Assembly (NCBI GenBank): GCA_030673105.1
Contig: DAOVJS010000001.1
Location: 1-59,313 of the forward strand
Direction of reading: 5' to 3'
Source of the DNA: Spirochaetota bacterium
Lineage (GTDB): Bacteria > Spirochaetota > B62-G9 > DRHN01
DNA: 59,313 bases
The number at the start of each line of letters is the position of its first letter. Position 1 is the stretch's first letter. The notes below the pieces were generated by a model. That model was not told the DNA's origin, did not search any database, and worked only from the letters and a program-made list of their open reading frames with translations. The position numbers and the translations under genes were made by a program. Positions 17,861 to 27,019 of the stretch are shown here, one piece after another.

Positions 17861-19222
17861 TCAGATCTGTTTTCTCTTCCTTCCATTCCGTTTGAAATGC
17901 TGAAATACCTGAAACATAAAGGCCCGCACTGCCGCTTCCCTGCCCGGCTGTAAGCCCACGTCGCATGGGGCATCGAGATATGGAACCCGGCGCCTGCCCA
18001 TGAGAGGTTTTGCGATCGATAAAGTGACAGTACCCGGCATGCAGGTAAAAGGATATACGTTTACAACACCGTTAAATCCGCTTCCGGCATAAGCCATCAT
18101 GCCGGAAATACTCAGACAGGCCTCGGTGCCTACATCAAAACTGAAAGGATCCTCTTTATTGAGAATTTTTTCGAGATAAGCCACCCTGTGATCCCCTGCA
18201 ATATCAATGAGTGACCCTACGCGTTTATATATCTGCTTCTGTTTGAATTGCTGATAGTAAAAGTCTCTCCCAAAAGCAGCAATTTTTTTCAGGGCTTCCA
18301 TCATTAGCCGCAGACGGAGCATTTTCAGGTTCAGCCTGAAATCTATTTTTGCGTCTCTCATCCTGTTATAAGAGGTGTAATTTATCCATTCAGCAATTGA
18401 TGCATTAACCACCTCGGCCCCGTGTCTCTCCAGAGTACTTATTAAATTCTGATTGGCCTGATCATGAGACCGGAGATAAATTTCACCGACAATCCCGACA
18501 AGCGGTTTTGGAGGAACCGCTGGATCAATGATCGATTTTCCCTCTTCTATGATCTTTTCAAGCATATCAAGAATTTTCGTAAAGCCATTTTCAGCCCCTT
18601 GAGCCTCAAAGGCGCCGGCTGTTAGACGCATAGACCTTTCAATAAAATCATCTGTCAGGCCGGGTTCCCTTTCATAGGGTCTGATACGCCAGGTAAGCCT
18701 GTTAAGGATATCTCCCACTACTATAGAAAAATAGAGAGTTTTCCTGAACTTCCCGACTTTTTCTTTCCCGATCATGCCGTCAAGTGAATAGTCGTCCCTC
18801 GAGGTAATGGAGCTAATCCTCACGTTCCTCAGCTCAGGAAAGGAATCAAGGACAATTCGCTGATACTTATTGTACATCCCGAACCTGCACGGGCCATCGG
18901 ACTCGGGCATGAAATATATATAATCATCCGGATTAAAATTGTCCCCGAGCCTTCTTTTTTCTTTTTTCAGAAAATACAGGATATCACCTGTAGTAATGAG
19001 GCATGGAAGACACTCCTTTCCGGATGTATATTCTTTCCCGAGATCAAAGCCCTTACAGGTCTCCAGTACTTTCGCGTGAATACTAAAACCTCTAAAGGCG
19101 CCGGCAAGGAGATGCGTCCCGATCCGGTCCATCTGAGGTAACAGAAAAGTCTTATGCTTTACATTAAAAGTTCCGATCCCCTTACTTAATGACTGAAAGC
19201 CTGTGAGCGTTTCTGATTCCAT
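17861..19222 (-). CDS. BCR/HAD-family DUF2229-type subunit (PlsA/PlsR-type complex, small ORF)
   Basis: 453 aa. LLPQMDRIGTHLLAGAFRGFS...GKECLPC module followed by a second half. 41-nt overlap with the upstream double-ATPase ORF. Confidence 0.6.
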   Translation of the reverse strand: MESETLTGFQSLSKGIGTFNVKHKTFLLPQMDRIGTHLLAGAFRGFSIHAKVLETCKGFDLGKEYTSGKECLPCLITTGDILYFLKKEKRRLGDNFNPDDYIYFMPESDGPCRFGMYNKYQRIVLDSFPELRNVRISSITSRDDYSLDGMIGKEKVGKFRKTLYFSIVVGDILNRLTWRIRPYEREPGLTDDFIERSMRLTAGAFEAQGAENGFTKILDMLEKIIEEGKSIIDPAVPPKPLVGIVGEIYLRSHDQANQNLISTLERHGAEVVNASIAEWINYTSYNRMRDAKIDFRLNLKMLRLRLMMEALKKIAAFGRDFYYQQFKQKQIYKRVGSLIDIAGDHRVAYLEKILNKEDPFSFDVGTEACLSISGMMAYAGSGFNGVVNVYPFTCMPGTVTLSIAKPLMGRRRVPYLDAPCDVGLQPGREAAVRAFMFQVFQHFKRNGRKRKQI

Positions 19223-22200
19223 TTTTCTCTTTTTCCGTTTTTATATCAACATGCCGGGTCCGTATATTATCTATGACGTTCTGAAAAGCCTCTATCCTGG
19301 TCATGAGGCCGGCTTCTGCAGTATGTTCGTCCATTTCCAGGATGAGATAGGCTTTTTCCCCCATTATGTGCCTGTAAAAATGTTCCAGGAAGGAGTCCGC
19401 GCCGCAGCTGAAATTCGTCAGATGAATACCAAAATAATTTGAACGCGCCTTTATATATCGGGCAGTCCTCAATATCTGGGCGCCCAGCCCCCAATACATG
19501 GATGAGAAATCTGAAAGATCCACCGGATTCGCGTCGACAAAATCCATGGGCAGTGCTGTAACGCCAATCCTCGCCAGGTTATGCCCCAGCCTCAGGTTCA
19601 GCCGTTTATCATACAGATTATAAGGCCGGCCAGTCACCACTATTACCGCTTCATCGGAACTACACTTCTCCATGATCTGATGTCCCCTGGAGTGAACCTC
19701 CCTGATAAAATTGTTATTTCTCTCAAAAGCATAATAAAGTGCCTTTTTAATTCTGGATTTTGAGACCCGCAGATTATCTTTAAGCTGCTCTGCAATCTCC
19801 AACGAGAGCTTATCAAGATCATACTTCAAATGAATGACAGGGTTTAAAATAGATGCGCGGTCCAGCTTCAGCGCCATGCGTACCATATATGAGTTGCCCT
19901 GTACCATGGGGCAGTAATAGCCGGCTTCCGCCTGTGTCGGAGTCTGCAGGTTGATTATACTCGGTATAAACAGGAATTTCGTATTTCCCGCGATCTCATT
20001 GATATGACCGTGAGAAACCTTAACAGGGAAGCATGTCTCTGCCTCCATAGTTTCTGTTCCGGCCGAAGAAATAGACTCATCTGTCGGGCGTGTAAGAACA
20101 AGGCGGTAGCCAAGCTGATCAAAAAAATGGGCCCACAAAACACCGCTGTGAAGACCGTACAGTGCCCTCTGCATACCGACAGTCTGCCTGCCGTCAACCT
20201 CCATTAAGGGCTCACCCCTGTAGATTTCGCAAACACCGTTCATATTGTTTTTCCATATCTTCAGCCACAGGTCAAAAAAGTTTTCCTTTTTCAGGCCTCC
20301 GCCTTTCATTAATTCATAACGGCCGCACTCCCCGCCCCAGACACTCCGGCCGCCCTCAAAATTATAGATTTTCAGCTTGCACTGATTACTGCACTCAGGG
20401 TCAGCACGGCATATACTTTCTGTATATTCCATTCTATCGTTTTTAATGCTCTGAAGCCCTCTGAACGATGTTCTTTTATTATTTTCCAGGCGTTTTTTTT
20501 CCTGCACACAAATCGCGGCTCCAAAGGCGCCGAGTACTTCTCTATGCCCTGGAACAAGAATCCCTCGCCCCAGGACGTTCTCAAAAGCGGCAACAACACC
20601 TTTATTTAACGAAGGCCCTCCCAGGAACATTATCCTTTTACCAATTTTTCTCTTTCCCACAACCCTGTTAAGATAATTGTAGACGATGGCATAACACAGG
20701 CCCGCTATAAGATCATTTCTTAATACTGCTTTCTGGTGATAGGTTTCCAGATCTGCTTCCATAAAAACCGTGCATCTATCGACAAGCTTTACAGGTGCTC
20801 TGGAAGAAAGCGCGATCTCCTGAAACTCGCCAAGGATGTTTATCCCGTATTTGTTTGCAAGTTCATGTAAAAAACTTCCCGTTCCGGCAGCGCAGACCTT
20901 ATTCATGTCAAAATCCAGCGGACGCGTGTTTGATATGAATATGTATTTTGAATCCTGTCCGCCTATTTCAAAAATCGTATCAACATCAGGGTCTACCTCC
21001 ACCGCGCCCCTCGCGTGCGCGGTGATTTCATCAACGGCTAGATCAGCATTTAAAAAGTTACAGACCACATTTCTTCCCGAGCCGGTAGTTGCCACACCTT
21101 TGATCTCTATTTCTGACCCGATTTCTTCTTGAATCGATCCGAGCAGCCCCCGGGTGACTTCAATAGGTCTGCCCCTGGTCGGTACGTAATCCTTTAAAAT
21201 AATAGCGCGGTTATCATCTATAAGAGCGTATTTGGTAGTCGTTGACCCGATATCAATACCGAGGTAAACCCCTCTTTTTTCACGAAAACATCTTTTCCTG
21301 ATTCCGCCTGATTCTATAAAAACAGTTTTTTTCAATTCAAGCCTGGGCGCGATCGGTACCGAGAGTTTATTCAGGGCCCTGTCAGCACCGGCCTGCTCCA
21401 GGTTTACACGGTTTCCCCTGCCGGATTCAAGGGACTGCAGTGCGACTCCCAGGGCACCGATGGATGTGTTTAATTGTGGAACAGAAAGGCGGGGAAAATA
21501 TCTTTTAAAAGCTTTTATCTGGATTTCGTTCAACGAAACTCCACCGATAAATATTACGGGTTCCTCAAGAACACGGTTTGAGACTATAGTGCTCATATAA
21601 TTTCTGGCGTTTCCAACATGAAGACCATAAATAATATCCTCCAGTCTCTCGCCCTTATTCTGCAGGTGTATCATGTCTGTTTTCGTGAATACGGTGCAGC
21701 GGCAGGCTACATCGGACGGTTTTCTGCTTTTGAGGCCAAGTTTTATAAAATCACCCAGTATCCCGTCTATACGGCTCTGTGAAACATCAATCTTACTGGT
21801 ATACATTGAGGTGGCAAGTCTTAAGGCCTGCTGGTCGATGAAAGAACCGGTGCCTGAAGCGCACGGGCCATTGGTGTTAAAATAATCAAGCTCCCAGTCC
21901 TTATCAGGATGGATAATCTGAAAAAGCGCGGCATTCTGCCCTCCCAGGCTGATTATCGTCTTTACATCAGGCTGGATAAAGACCGCGCCCACTGCCTGGC
22001 AGATGGTTTCGAATTCAAAGAATGCACCTAATTCTTTACCAAGCCCCTGCCCGTGGTTCCCGGTGAAAGAAATTGACCGGATTCTCTTTTCGCCGAATTT
22101 TTCATATATAGACCGGATGAGCTCAAGCACCATCTCTTCCACCCGGCCGAAATGACGCCTGTATGGAAATTCATAGACAATATCCCTCTGTCCGCTGATA

Positions 22201-22307
22201 ATCACACAGTTCAAGCTGACCGATCCGGCATCAATTCCTACATAGAGCCGGCCTAATTGTTTTTGTGATTGACGTAAGTTAGAAGGCATCTTTCTTAAGC
22301 AGTGCAT
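19182..22307 (-). CDS. Double BcrAD/BadFG (HgdC-like) ATPase fused to a DUF2229 module; acyl-CoA dehydratase-activase-related, PlsA/PlsR-type
   Basis: Two actin-fold ATPase modules (VGIDAGSVS...GPCASGTGSFID and LGIDIGSTTTKYA...KVCAAGTGSFL). Cys-rich linker CRADPECSNQC...GGECGRYE. C-terminal module ends ILEMDEHTAEAG. Confidence 0.75.
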   Translation of the reverse strand: MHCLRKMPSNLRQSQKQLGRLYVGIDAGSVSLNCVIISGQRDIVYEFPYRRHFGRVEEMVLELIRSIYEKFGEKRIRSISFTGNHGQGLGKELGAFFEFETICQAVGAVFIQPDVKTIISLGGQNAALFQIIHPDKDWELDYFNTNGPCASGTGSFIDQQALRLATSMYTSKIDVSQSRIDGILGDFIKLGLKSRKPSDVACRCTVFTKTDMIHLQNKGERLEDIIYGLHVGNARNYMSTIVSNRVLEEPVIFIGGVSLNEIQIKAFKRYFPRLSVPQLNTSIGALGVALQSLESGRGNRVNLEQAGADRALNKLSVPIAPRLELKKTVFIESGGIRKRCFREKRGVYLGIDIGSTTTKYALIDDNRAIILKDYVPTRGRPIEVTRGLLGSIQEEIGSEIEIKGVATTGSGRNVVCNFLNADLAVDEITAHARGAVEVDPDVDTIFEIGGQDSKYIFISNTRPLDFDMNKVCAAGTGSFLHELANKYGINILGEFQEIALSSRAPVKLVDRCTVFMEADLETYHQKAVLRNDLIAGLCYAIVYNYLNRVVGKRKIGKRIMFLGGPSLNKGVVAAFENVLGRGILVPGHREVLGAFGAAICVQEKKRLENNKRTSFRGLQSIKNDRMEYTESICRADPECSNQCKLKIYNFEGGRSVWGGECGRYELMKGGGLKKENFFDLWLKIWKNNMNGVCEIYRGEPLMEVDGRQTVGMQRALYGLHSGVLWAHFFDQLGYRLVLTRPTDESISSAGTETMEAETCFPVKVSHGHINEIAGNTKFLFIPSIINLQTPTQAEAGYYCPMVQGNSYMVRMALKLDRASILNPVIHLKYDLDKLSLEIAEQLKDNLRVSKSRIKKALYYAFERNNNFIREVHSRGHQIMEKCSSDEAVIVVTGRPYNLYDKRLNLRLGHNLARIGVTALPMDFVDANPVDLSDFSSMYWGLGAQILRTARYIKARSNYFGIHLTNFSCGADSFLEHFYRHIMGEKAYLILEMDEHTAEAGLMTRIEAFQNVIDNIRTRHVDIKTEKEKNGIRNAHRLSVIK

Positions 22308-22387
22308 CCTTATAGAAATGAACTCTGATTAAGCACCAGTAAAATCATAATAACCCAAAGCGCCATAAATGTCAAAATGTTGTAAAC

Positions 22388-23371
22388 TCAGCCCATGAGA
22401 GCTTCAAGCCTCTTCATAGCTTCGTCTTTCGTTGCTATCTCAAAAATGCTCTTTCGTACTCCGGATATATGCGGTATACCCCTGAGGTACCTGTAAAGAT
22501 GTCTTTTTACTTCCCTTATCCCTCTCGTTTCCCCCTTAAAGGCCACAACCATATTCAGATGATCCATGGCGCACTCGATCCGCTCATCTTTCGTAGGAAG
22601 CAGCGTCTCTACCTCTTCGGGATATGCTGCCAGTGCTTTAATAGTATTACTAATAATCCAGGGATTTCCAATGGCCGCCCTTCCGATCATCACAGCGTCA
22701 CATCCTGTCCGGCGCATCATGCGCACCGCATCAACCGGTGTTTTTATATCACCGTTCCCGCATACAGGCATTTTCAAACTCTGCTTAACCAGCCCTATAT
22801 ATTCCCACCTTGCTTTTCCGCTGAATTTACTCCGGGCAGTCCGCGGGTGTAGTATCAGCATCGACGCGCCTGCCGCCTGAGCTGCATCGGCAATTTCCAG
22901 CACATTAATAGTATCTTCCGATAACCCAAGCCTGATCTTAACGCTTACCGGATAGATCGAAGCATCCACACATGCCTTAACAATATTGTAGAACCTTTTA
23001 GGGTCGCCGAGTATTCTAGCCCCGGCACCGGTCTTCATCACCTTTCTTACAGAACATCCCCCATTTATATCTAGGAGGTCGGCAGGATACTCATTGCAAA
23101 TCGACGCAGCCAGGCTCATTATTTCAGGGTTTGAACCGAATAACTGTATCCCAGCAGGTCTATCCTTTTTCGATATTTTCAGTAAATCGAGAGTATTAAT
23201 AGAACGGTTGGCAATCCCGTGTGCGCTTGCCATTTCAGTAAAGGTCAGCCCGGCGCCGAACCTCCTGCCTATGATCCTGAAACTTCTATCACCGATGCCG
23301 GCAAGGGGAGCTAAAAAAACATTGTTTCCGGTAGTGAGGTTCCCTATTTGCACTTTTTTTAACAGAGACAT
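22388..23371 (-). CDS. dus: tRNA-dihydrouridine synthase
   Basis: LAPLAGIGDRSFR, DINGGC, GDI..P.DA and MIGRAAIGNPW motifs. Confidence 0.9.
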   Translation of the reverse strand: MSLLKKVQIGNLTTGNNVFLAPLAGIGDRSFRIIGRRFGAGLTFTEMASAHGIANRSINTLDLLKISKKDRPAGIQLFGSNPEIMSLAASICNEYPADLLDINGGCSVRKVMKTGAGARILGDPKRFYNIVKACVDASIYPVSVKIRLGLSEDTINVLEIADAAQAAGASMLILHPRTARSKFSGKARWEYIGLVKQSLKMPVCGNGDIKTPVDAVRMMRRTGCDAVMIGRAAIGNPWIISNTIKALAAYPEEVETLLPTKDERIECAMDHLNMVVAFKGETRGIREVKRHLYRYLRGIPHISGVRKSIFEIATKDEAMKRLEALMG

Positions 23372-23383
23372 TTCGTTACGGCT

Positions 23384-23866
23384 CTAGCACTTCAAAAGAC
23401 TCACGATAGCGTGTGCCAGTATCCCCTTTCCTCTACCGAAGGCGGTAAGCCCTTCGCCTGAAGTAAATGTAATACCGGTGTCCTTTTCCGTGATGCCGGT
23501 AAGCAGGGAAATAGAACGTTTCATTCTTCCAATATTTTCATAAGATATGTGAGGTGTCTTCGCTTCAACCATTATGCCGATATTATTCACCCTGTATCCG
23601 GAGTCTGAGACCATTTTCAGCGCAATTTTAAGATATTCCCTGCTGTCCGTTATTCCTTTCTGAAAGAGCGGATCTGCGTAGTACCCGAGAGACTCCCCGC
23701 CGCATGCCTGGCTCAGCGCGTTGAAGAGGGCATGGAGAATTACATCACCATCGGAATTCGCCTTAAGGCCATTTTTATCATCCAGTTTGATTCCGCCAAG
23801 AACAAGTGGTTTTATTCCGCTGTTCTCAAATGAATGGCTGTCTGTACCATACCCTACGCGTACCAA
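23384..23866 (-). CDS. ispF: 2-C-methyl-D-erythritol 2,4-cyclodiphosphate synthase
   Basis: RVGYGTDSHSF, SDGDVILHAL. 160 aa. 13-nt overlap with ispD. Confidence 0.9.
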   Translation of the reverse strand: MVRVGYGTDSHSFENSGIKPLVLGGIKLDDKNGLKANSDGDVILHALFNALSQACGGESLGYYADPLFQKGITDSREYLKIALKMVSDSGYRVNNIGIMVEAKTPHISYENIGRMKRSISLLTGITEKDTGITFTSGEGLTAFGRGKGILAHAIVSLLKC

Positions 23867-24573
23867 ACATTCTTCTCCTTCATCCGCTTCGAATAAATCC
23901 TATTCGCAAGTACCATGTCATGAGGATAGGTAATCTTGAAGTTTTCTCTTGAACACTCGACAAACTTTACCCTCTTATGTATAGCTTCAACGAGCATCGT
24001 GTCATCGGTAGCGACAAAACCCGCTTTAAATGCGTATTCAAAAGCCTTGACCGCGATATCGAAACGAATGATCTGCGGTGTCTGGGCTATCCAGACTTTA
24101 TCCCTGTTAGGAGTGTGATCTATTAAATAACTGTCATTAACAATTTTCACTGTATCTGCGGCCTGAAACCCAAGCAGGCTCGCCCCGTACTGTCTGGCTG
24201 CCTCAAGACACCTGTCAAGTTCAGAATGTCTTACAAAAGGATTGACAGCATTATGGATGATTAAAAAGGACCCCTTCGGGATGTTCATCTTTTTCAATTT
24301 TTCAATTACATGGTAGGTCGATTCCTGCCTGGTTTCATAAGCATTTTCTATAGAATATATTTTTTCAATGCCGTTCTCAGATATCACCCTTTCAAGCCTG
24401 CTGACATTTTCCGAACCCGCCGTAATGATAATTGAATCAACTTTGTCATAATCCGAAAGGGCCTTCAACGCGTAGTATATTACAGGCCTGCCGAATACTT
24501 TCAGAAAGATTTTATTCTCTTTTGTTTTCATGCGTTCGCCGTTCCCGCCGGCGCAAATAACAGCTATATTCAT
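23854..24573 (-). CDS. ispD: 2-C-methyl-D-erythritol 4-phosphate cytidylyltransferase
   Basis: AVICAGGNGERMK...KIFL N-terminus, size and ispF linkage. Confidence 0.88.
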   Translation of the reverse strand: MNIAVICAGGNGERMKTKENKIFLKVFGRPVIYYALKALSDYDKVDSIIITAGSENVSRLERVISENGIEKIYSIENAYETRQESTYHVIEKLKKMNIPKGSFLIIHNAVNPFVRHSELDRCLEAARQYGASLLGFQAADTVKIVNDSYLIDHTPNRDKVWIAQTPQIIRFDIAVKAFEYAFKAGFVATDDTMLVEAIHKRVKFVECSRENFKITYPHDMVLANRIYSKRMKEKNVWYA

Positions 24574-24651
24574 TAAAATGTCCTTTTTATCCTGGCATTC
24601 ACAATAATATACTATTAAAGTCAGTTAATCAATTATTTATAATGAGATAAC

Positions 24652-25536
24652 ATGGACCATATAACTTTAAAAGCATATGCCAAGTTAAACCTCAGTCTTA
24701 ATATTCTGCCTGAACGCGGGGGAGGAGACTATTACAGGGTACAGTTTCTCAATATCCAGGTGTCTCTTTATGATTCAGTCAGTATCCGTAAACTCAAAAG
24801 AAAAACTATACTGATCAATGAACCCACAATAGATGGTAAGGAAAATATCGCGTACAAAGCGGCAAAGCTCATGTTTGATACTTTTAATCTTACCGATGGT
24901 TTTTCAATTAAAATCTCTAAATGTATCCCCGCAAGGGCCGGATTAGGAGGGGGTTCTTCAGATGCTGCTGCTGTAATGAACGGTTTATCTGTGCTATTCG
25001 GCCTGTCCCTTAAAGAAGACGAACGCATCCATCTTGCGAAAAAAATCGGGATGGATGTGTGCTACTGTATAACCGGAGGCCTCCGTCGAATCGGGGGGAT
25101 CGGGGACGCTGTTCATAGGCTCCCATGCAGAATGCCTGTTTTAAGACTGCTCATCGCGACTCCTCATGTGAAAAAGCCTTCCACGGGATGGGCTTATTCA
25201 AAAATAGATGTTATGAAAACAGGAAAATACGTAAAAAAACTGGAGAACCTGATTAAGGGGATAGAAAAGCAGGACCTAAAAGAAATTTCAAGGAACATCC
25301 ACAACGATTTTGAAGAACCAATTCAGCGGCACTACCCGATAACAAAATATCTTAAAGAGGGTATGATAAAGTACGGCGCTCTAAACGCCATGCTTGCCGG
25401 ATCAGGGCTCTCGGTCTTTGGAATATTTAAAGGTGATAAGGACATTTTTAGAGCAAAGGCTGTAGTGGAAAGAAACGACGCCGCCTGCTGCATTGTACAT
25501 ACAGTAGACGACAGGGTAAAAGACAGCCTCAATTAA
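24652..25536 (+). CDS. ispE: 4-diphosphocytidyl-2-C-methyl-D-erythritol kinase
   Basis: AKLNLSLNI start and GHMP motif PARAGLGGGSSDAAAV. Confidence 0.88.
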   Translation: MDHITLKAYAKLNLSLNILPERGGGDYYRVQFLNIQVSLYDSVSIRKLKRKTILINEPTIDGKENIAYKAAKLMFDTFNLTDGFSIKISKCIPARAGLGGGSSDAAAVMNGLSVLFGLSLKEDERIHLAKKIGMDVCYCITGGLRRIGGIGDAVHRLPCRMPVLRLLIATPHVKKPSTGWAYSKIDVMKTGKYVKKLENLIKGIEKQDLKEISRNIHNDFEEPIQRHYPITKYLKEGMIKYGALNAMLAGSGLSVFGIFKGDKDIFRAKAVVERNDAACCIVHTVDDRVKDSLN

Positions 25537-25542
25537 AAACCG

Positions 25543-25572
25543 TGCAACTTTGAGTTGCATAATTTTTATTTA
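25543..25572 (+). terminator. Candidate intrinsic terminator after ispE
   Basis: TGCAACT-TTG-AGTTGCA 7-bp stem followed by TAATTTTTATTT. Confidence 0.45.
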
Positions 25573-25606
25573 TACGGTAAAATAGTTGAACACAGAAAAT
25601 AACATG

Positions 25607-25648
25607 CTAATAAATAGGCAAGTAAACTTTCAATCATTATGAGATTTT
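25607..25648. repeat. Copy A of a ~45-bp element shared by the receiver-1 and kinase upstream regions
   Basis: CTAATAAATAGGCAAGTAAACTTTCAATCA...GAGATTTT versus 26942-26985; ~73% identity by hand alignment. Confidence 0.3.
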
Positions 25649-25749
25649 ATTGCTCGCCTATGGTTTTTACTTAATTATTCGTTTTGTAGCAATAAATTCT
25701 GGTACAAAATACCATAATATTAATAGATAAAACCATAAAGGAATAAAAA

Positions 25750-26154
25750 ATGAATAGTAAAAGAGTATTATTAATTGATGATGAACAGGATAGTATTGAA
25801 TTCGTTACTACTATTTTAAAAACGGAAGGTATATCATCTATTTTTGCACTTAATGGTGAAGAAGGACTTGATAAAGCTAAGAAAGAAAAACCTGATTTAA
25901 TCATATTGGATATCCAGATGCCAAAAATGGATGGATTTGAAGTATTTGAAAACTTATGCAAAGATAATTCAACAAAAGGGATACCGGTCATTATGCTCTC
26001 TGGAATTCATGAAAAAATTGGTATTGAATTTAATTTAAAAGCTATGGAAAAACTTTATGGAAAAAAACCTGATGGCTATCTTGAAAAACCCTTTGTGCCA
26101 CGCGAACTTATAAGAATGGTGAAAGATAATTTATCAATTGATAAAATCAAGTAA
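25750..26154 (+). CDS. Stand-alone response-regulator receiver protein (paralog 1)
   Basis: DDE acidic pocket, phospho-acceptor ILDIQMP, and the EKP lysine. No output domain. Confidence 0.88.
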   Translation: MNSKRVLLIDDEQDSIEFVTTILKTEGISSIFALNGEEGLDKAKKEKPDLIILDIQMPKMDGFEVFENLCKDNSTKGIPVIMLSGIHEKIGIEFNLKAMEKLYGKKPDGYLEKPFVPRELIRMVKDNLSIDKIK

Positions 26155-26159
26155 CGAGT

Positions 26160-26375
26160 TATGGTTTAACCAGACTTTTAGGAGGAATTGTATTCTGATT
26201 AGGACTCCTACTGGTAATAGTTGCAGGGGCAGAACTTTTTACCGGTAATAATATGATTATGATGGCGTATATGAATAAGAAGATAACGTTTAGTAAATTA
26301 GCAAGAAATTGGGCAATTGTTTTTGCAGGTAATTTTTTTGGATCATCAACTAACATGGGGAACTTTGTTTATTAA
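26160..26375 (+). pseudogene. Formate/nitrite transporter (FNT) family remnant; ~70 codons with an in-frame TGA
   Basis: Translation is YGLTRLLGGIVF*LGLLLVIVAGAELFTGNNMIMMAYMNKKITFSKLARNWAIVFAGNFFGS. This matches the FocA/NirC TM2-TM3 region (GAELFT, NW..V..GN). In-frame stop at 26196-26198. No start codon and no remainder of the gene. Confidence 0.7.
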
Positions 26376-26540
26376 AAATCTTGATCCTAATAAATTAGCT
26401 GTCAAGGAAATTATGAGCCACCATAAATAACAGTTGAAGCAATTACTCCAATTTATAAAACCATGATAGATAATGGGATAAGACATCTCATTGGCACTGA
26501 AAAAAATACATATACAAAAAAACAGTGAAAGGGAAAAAAT

Positions 26541-26927
26541 ATGGCAAACACAAAAATACTTGTTGTTGATGATGAGCCCGACAGTATCACATTTGTTGAA
26601 ACAATTCTTAAAAAAGAAGGATTTACAGTTCTTTCCGCTAGTGATGGGCTTGAAGGCTTTGAAAAAGCGAAACAGGAAATACCAGATCTCATTGTACTTG
26701 ATGTACAGATGCCTAAAATGGATGGATTTGAAGTATTTAATAAGCTGCGCAAGGAAGAATCTACCAAGAATATTTCAATCGTTATGCTTACCGGAATTCG
26801 CGAAAAGGTTGGTATCGGGTTTAATGCTGAAGATATGAAGAAATTCTACGGAGAAGGACCAAATGGCTATGTAGAAAAACCGATATCACCTGAAGAGCTA
26901 TTAAAAGTTGTTAAAGAGAATTTATAA
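26541..26927 (+). CDS. Stand-alone response-regulator receiver protein (paralog 2)
   Basis: 74 of 128 positions are identical to paralog 1 by hand alignment. Same DDE / LDVQMP / EKP motifs. Confidence 0.88.
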   Translation: MANTKILVVDDEPDSITFVETILKKEGFTVLSASDGLEGFEKAKQEIPDLIVLDVQMPKMDGFEVFNKLRKEESTKNISIVMLTGIREKVGIGFNAEDMKKFYGEGPNGYVEKPISPEELLKVVKENL

Positions 26928-26941
26928 AAAATATTAATACT

Positions 26942-26985
26942 CTAATCAACAGGCTAGTAAATTAGTCAATCAGGGCGAGATGTTT
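26942..26985. repeat. Copy B of the shared ~45-bp upstream element
   Basis: CTAATCAACAGGCTAGTAAATTAGTCAATCA...GAGATGTTTT, 35-78 nt upstream of the kinase start. Confidence 0.3.
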
Positions 26986-27019
26986 TTTTTGACTATAAAT
27001 TAAAATATACGGTGGTAAG

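Noticed and set aside
17836-17973. N-terminal 46-codon extension of lgt (tracked ORF start at 17973)
   Set aside because: The extension overlaps the 3' end of the upstream gene and is not Lgt-like. The ATG at 17835 gives the canonical Lgt N-terminus.
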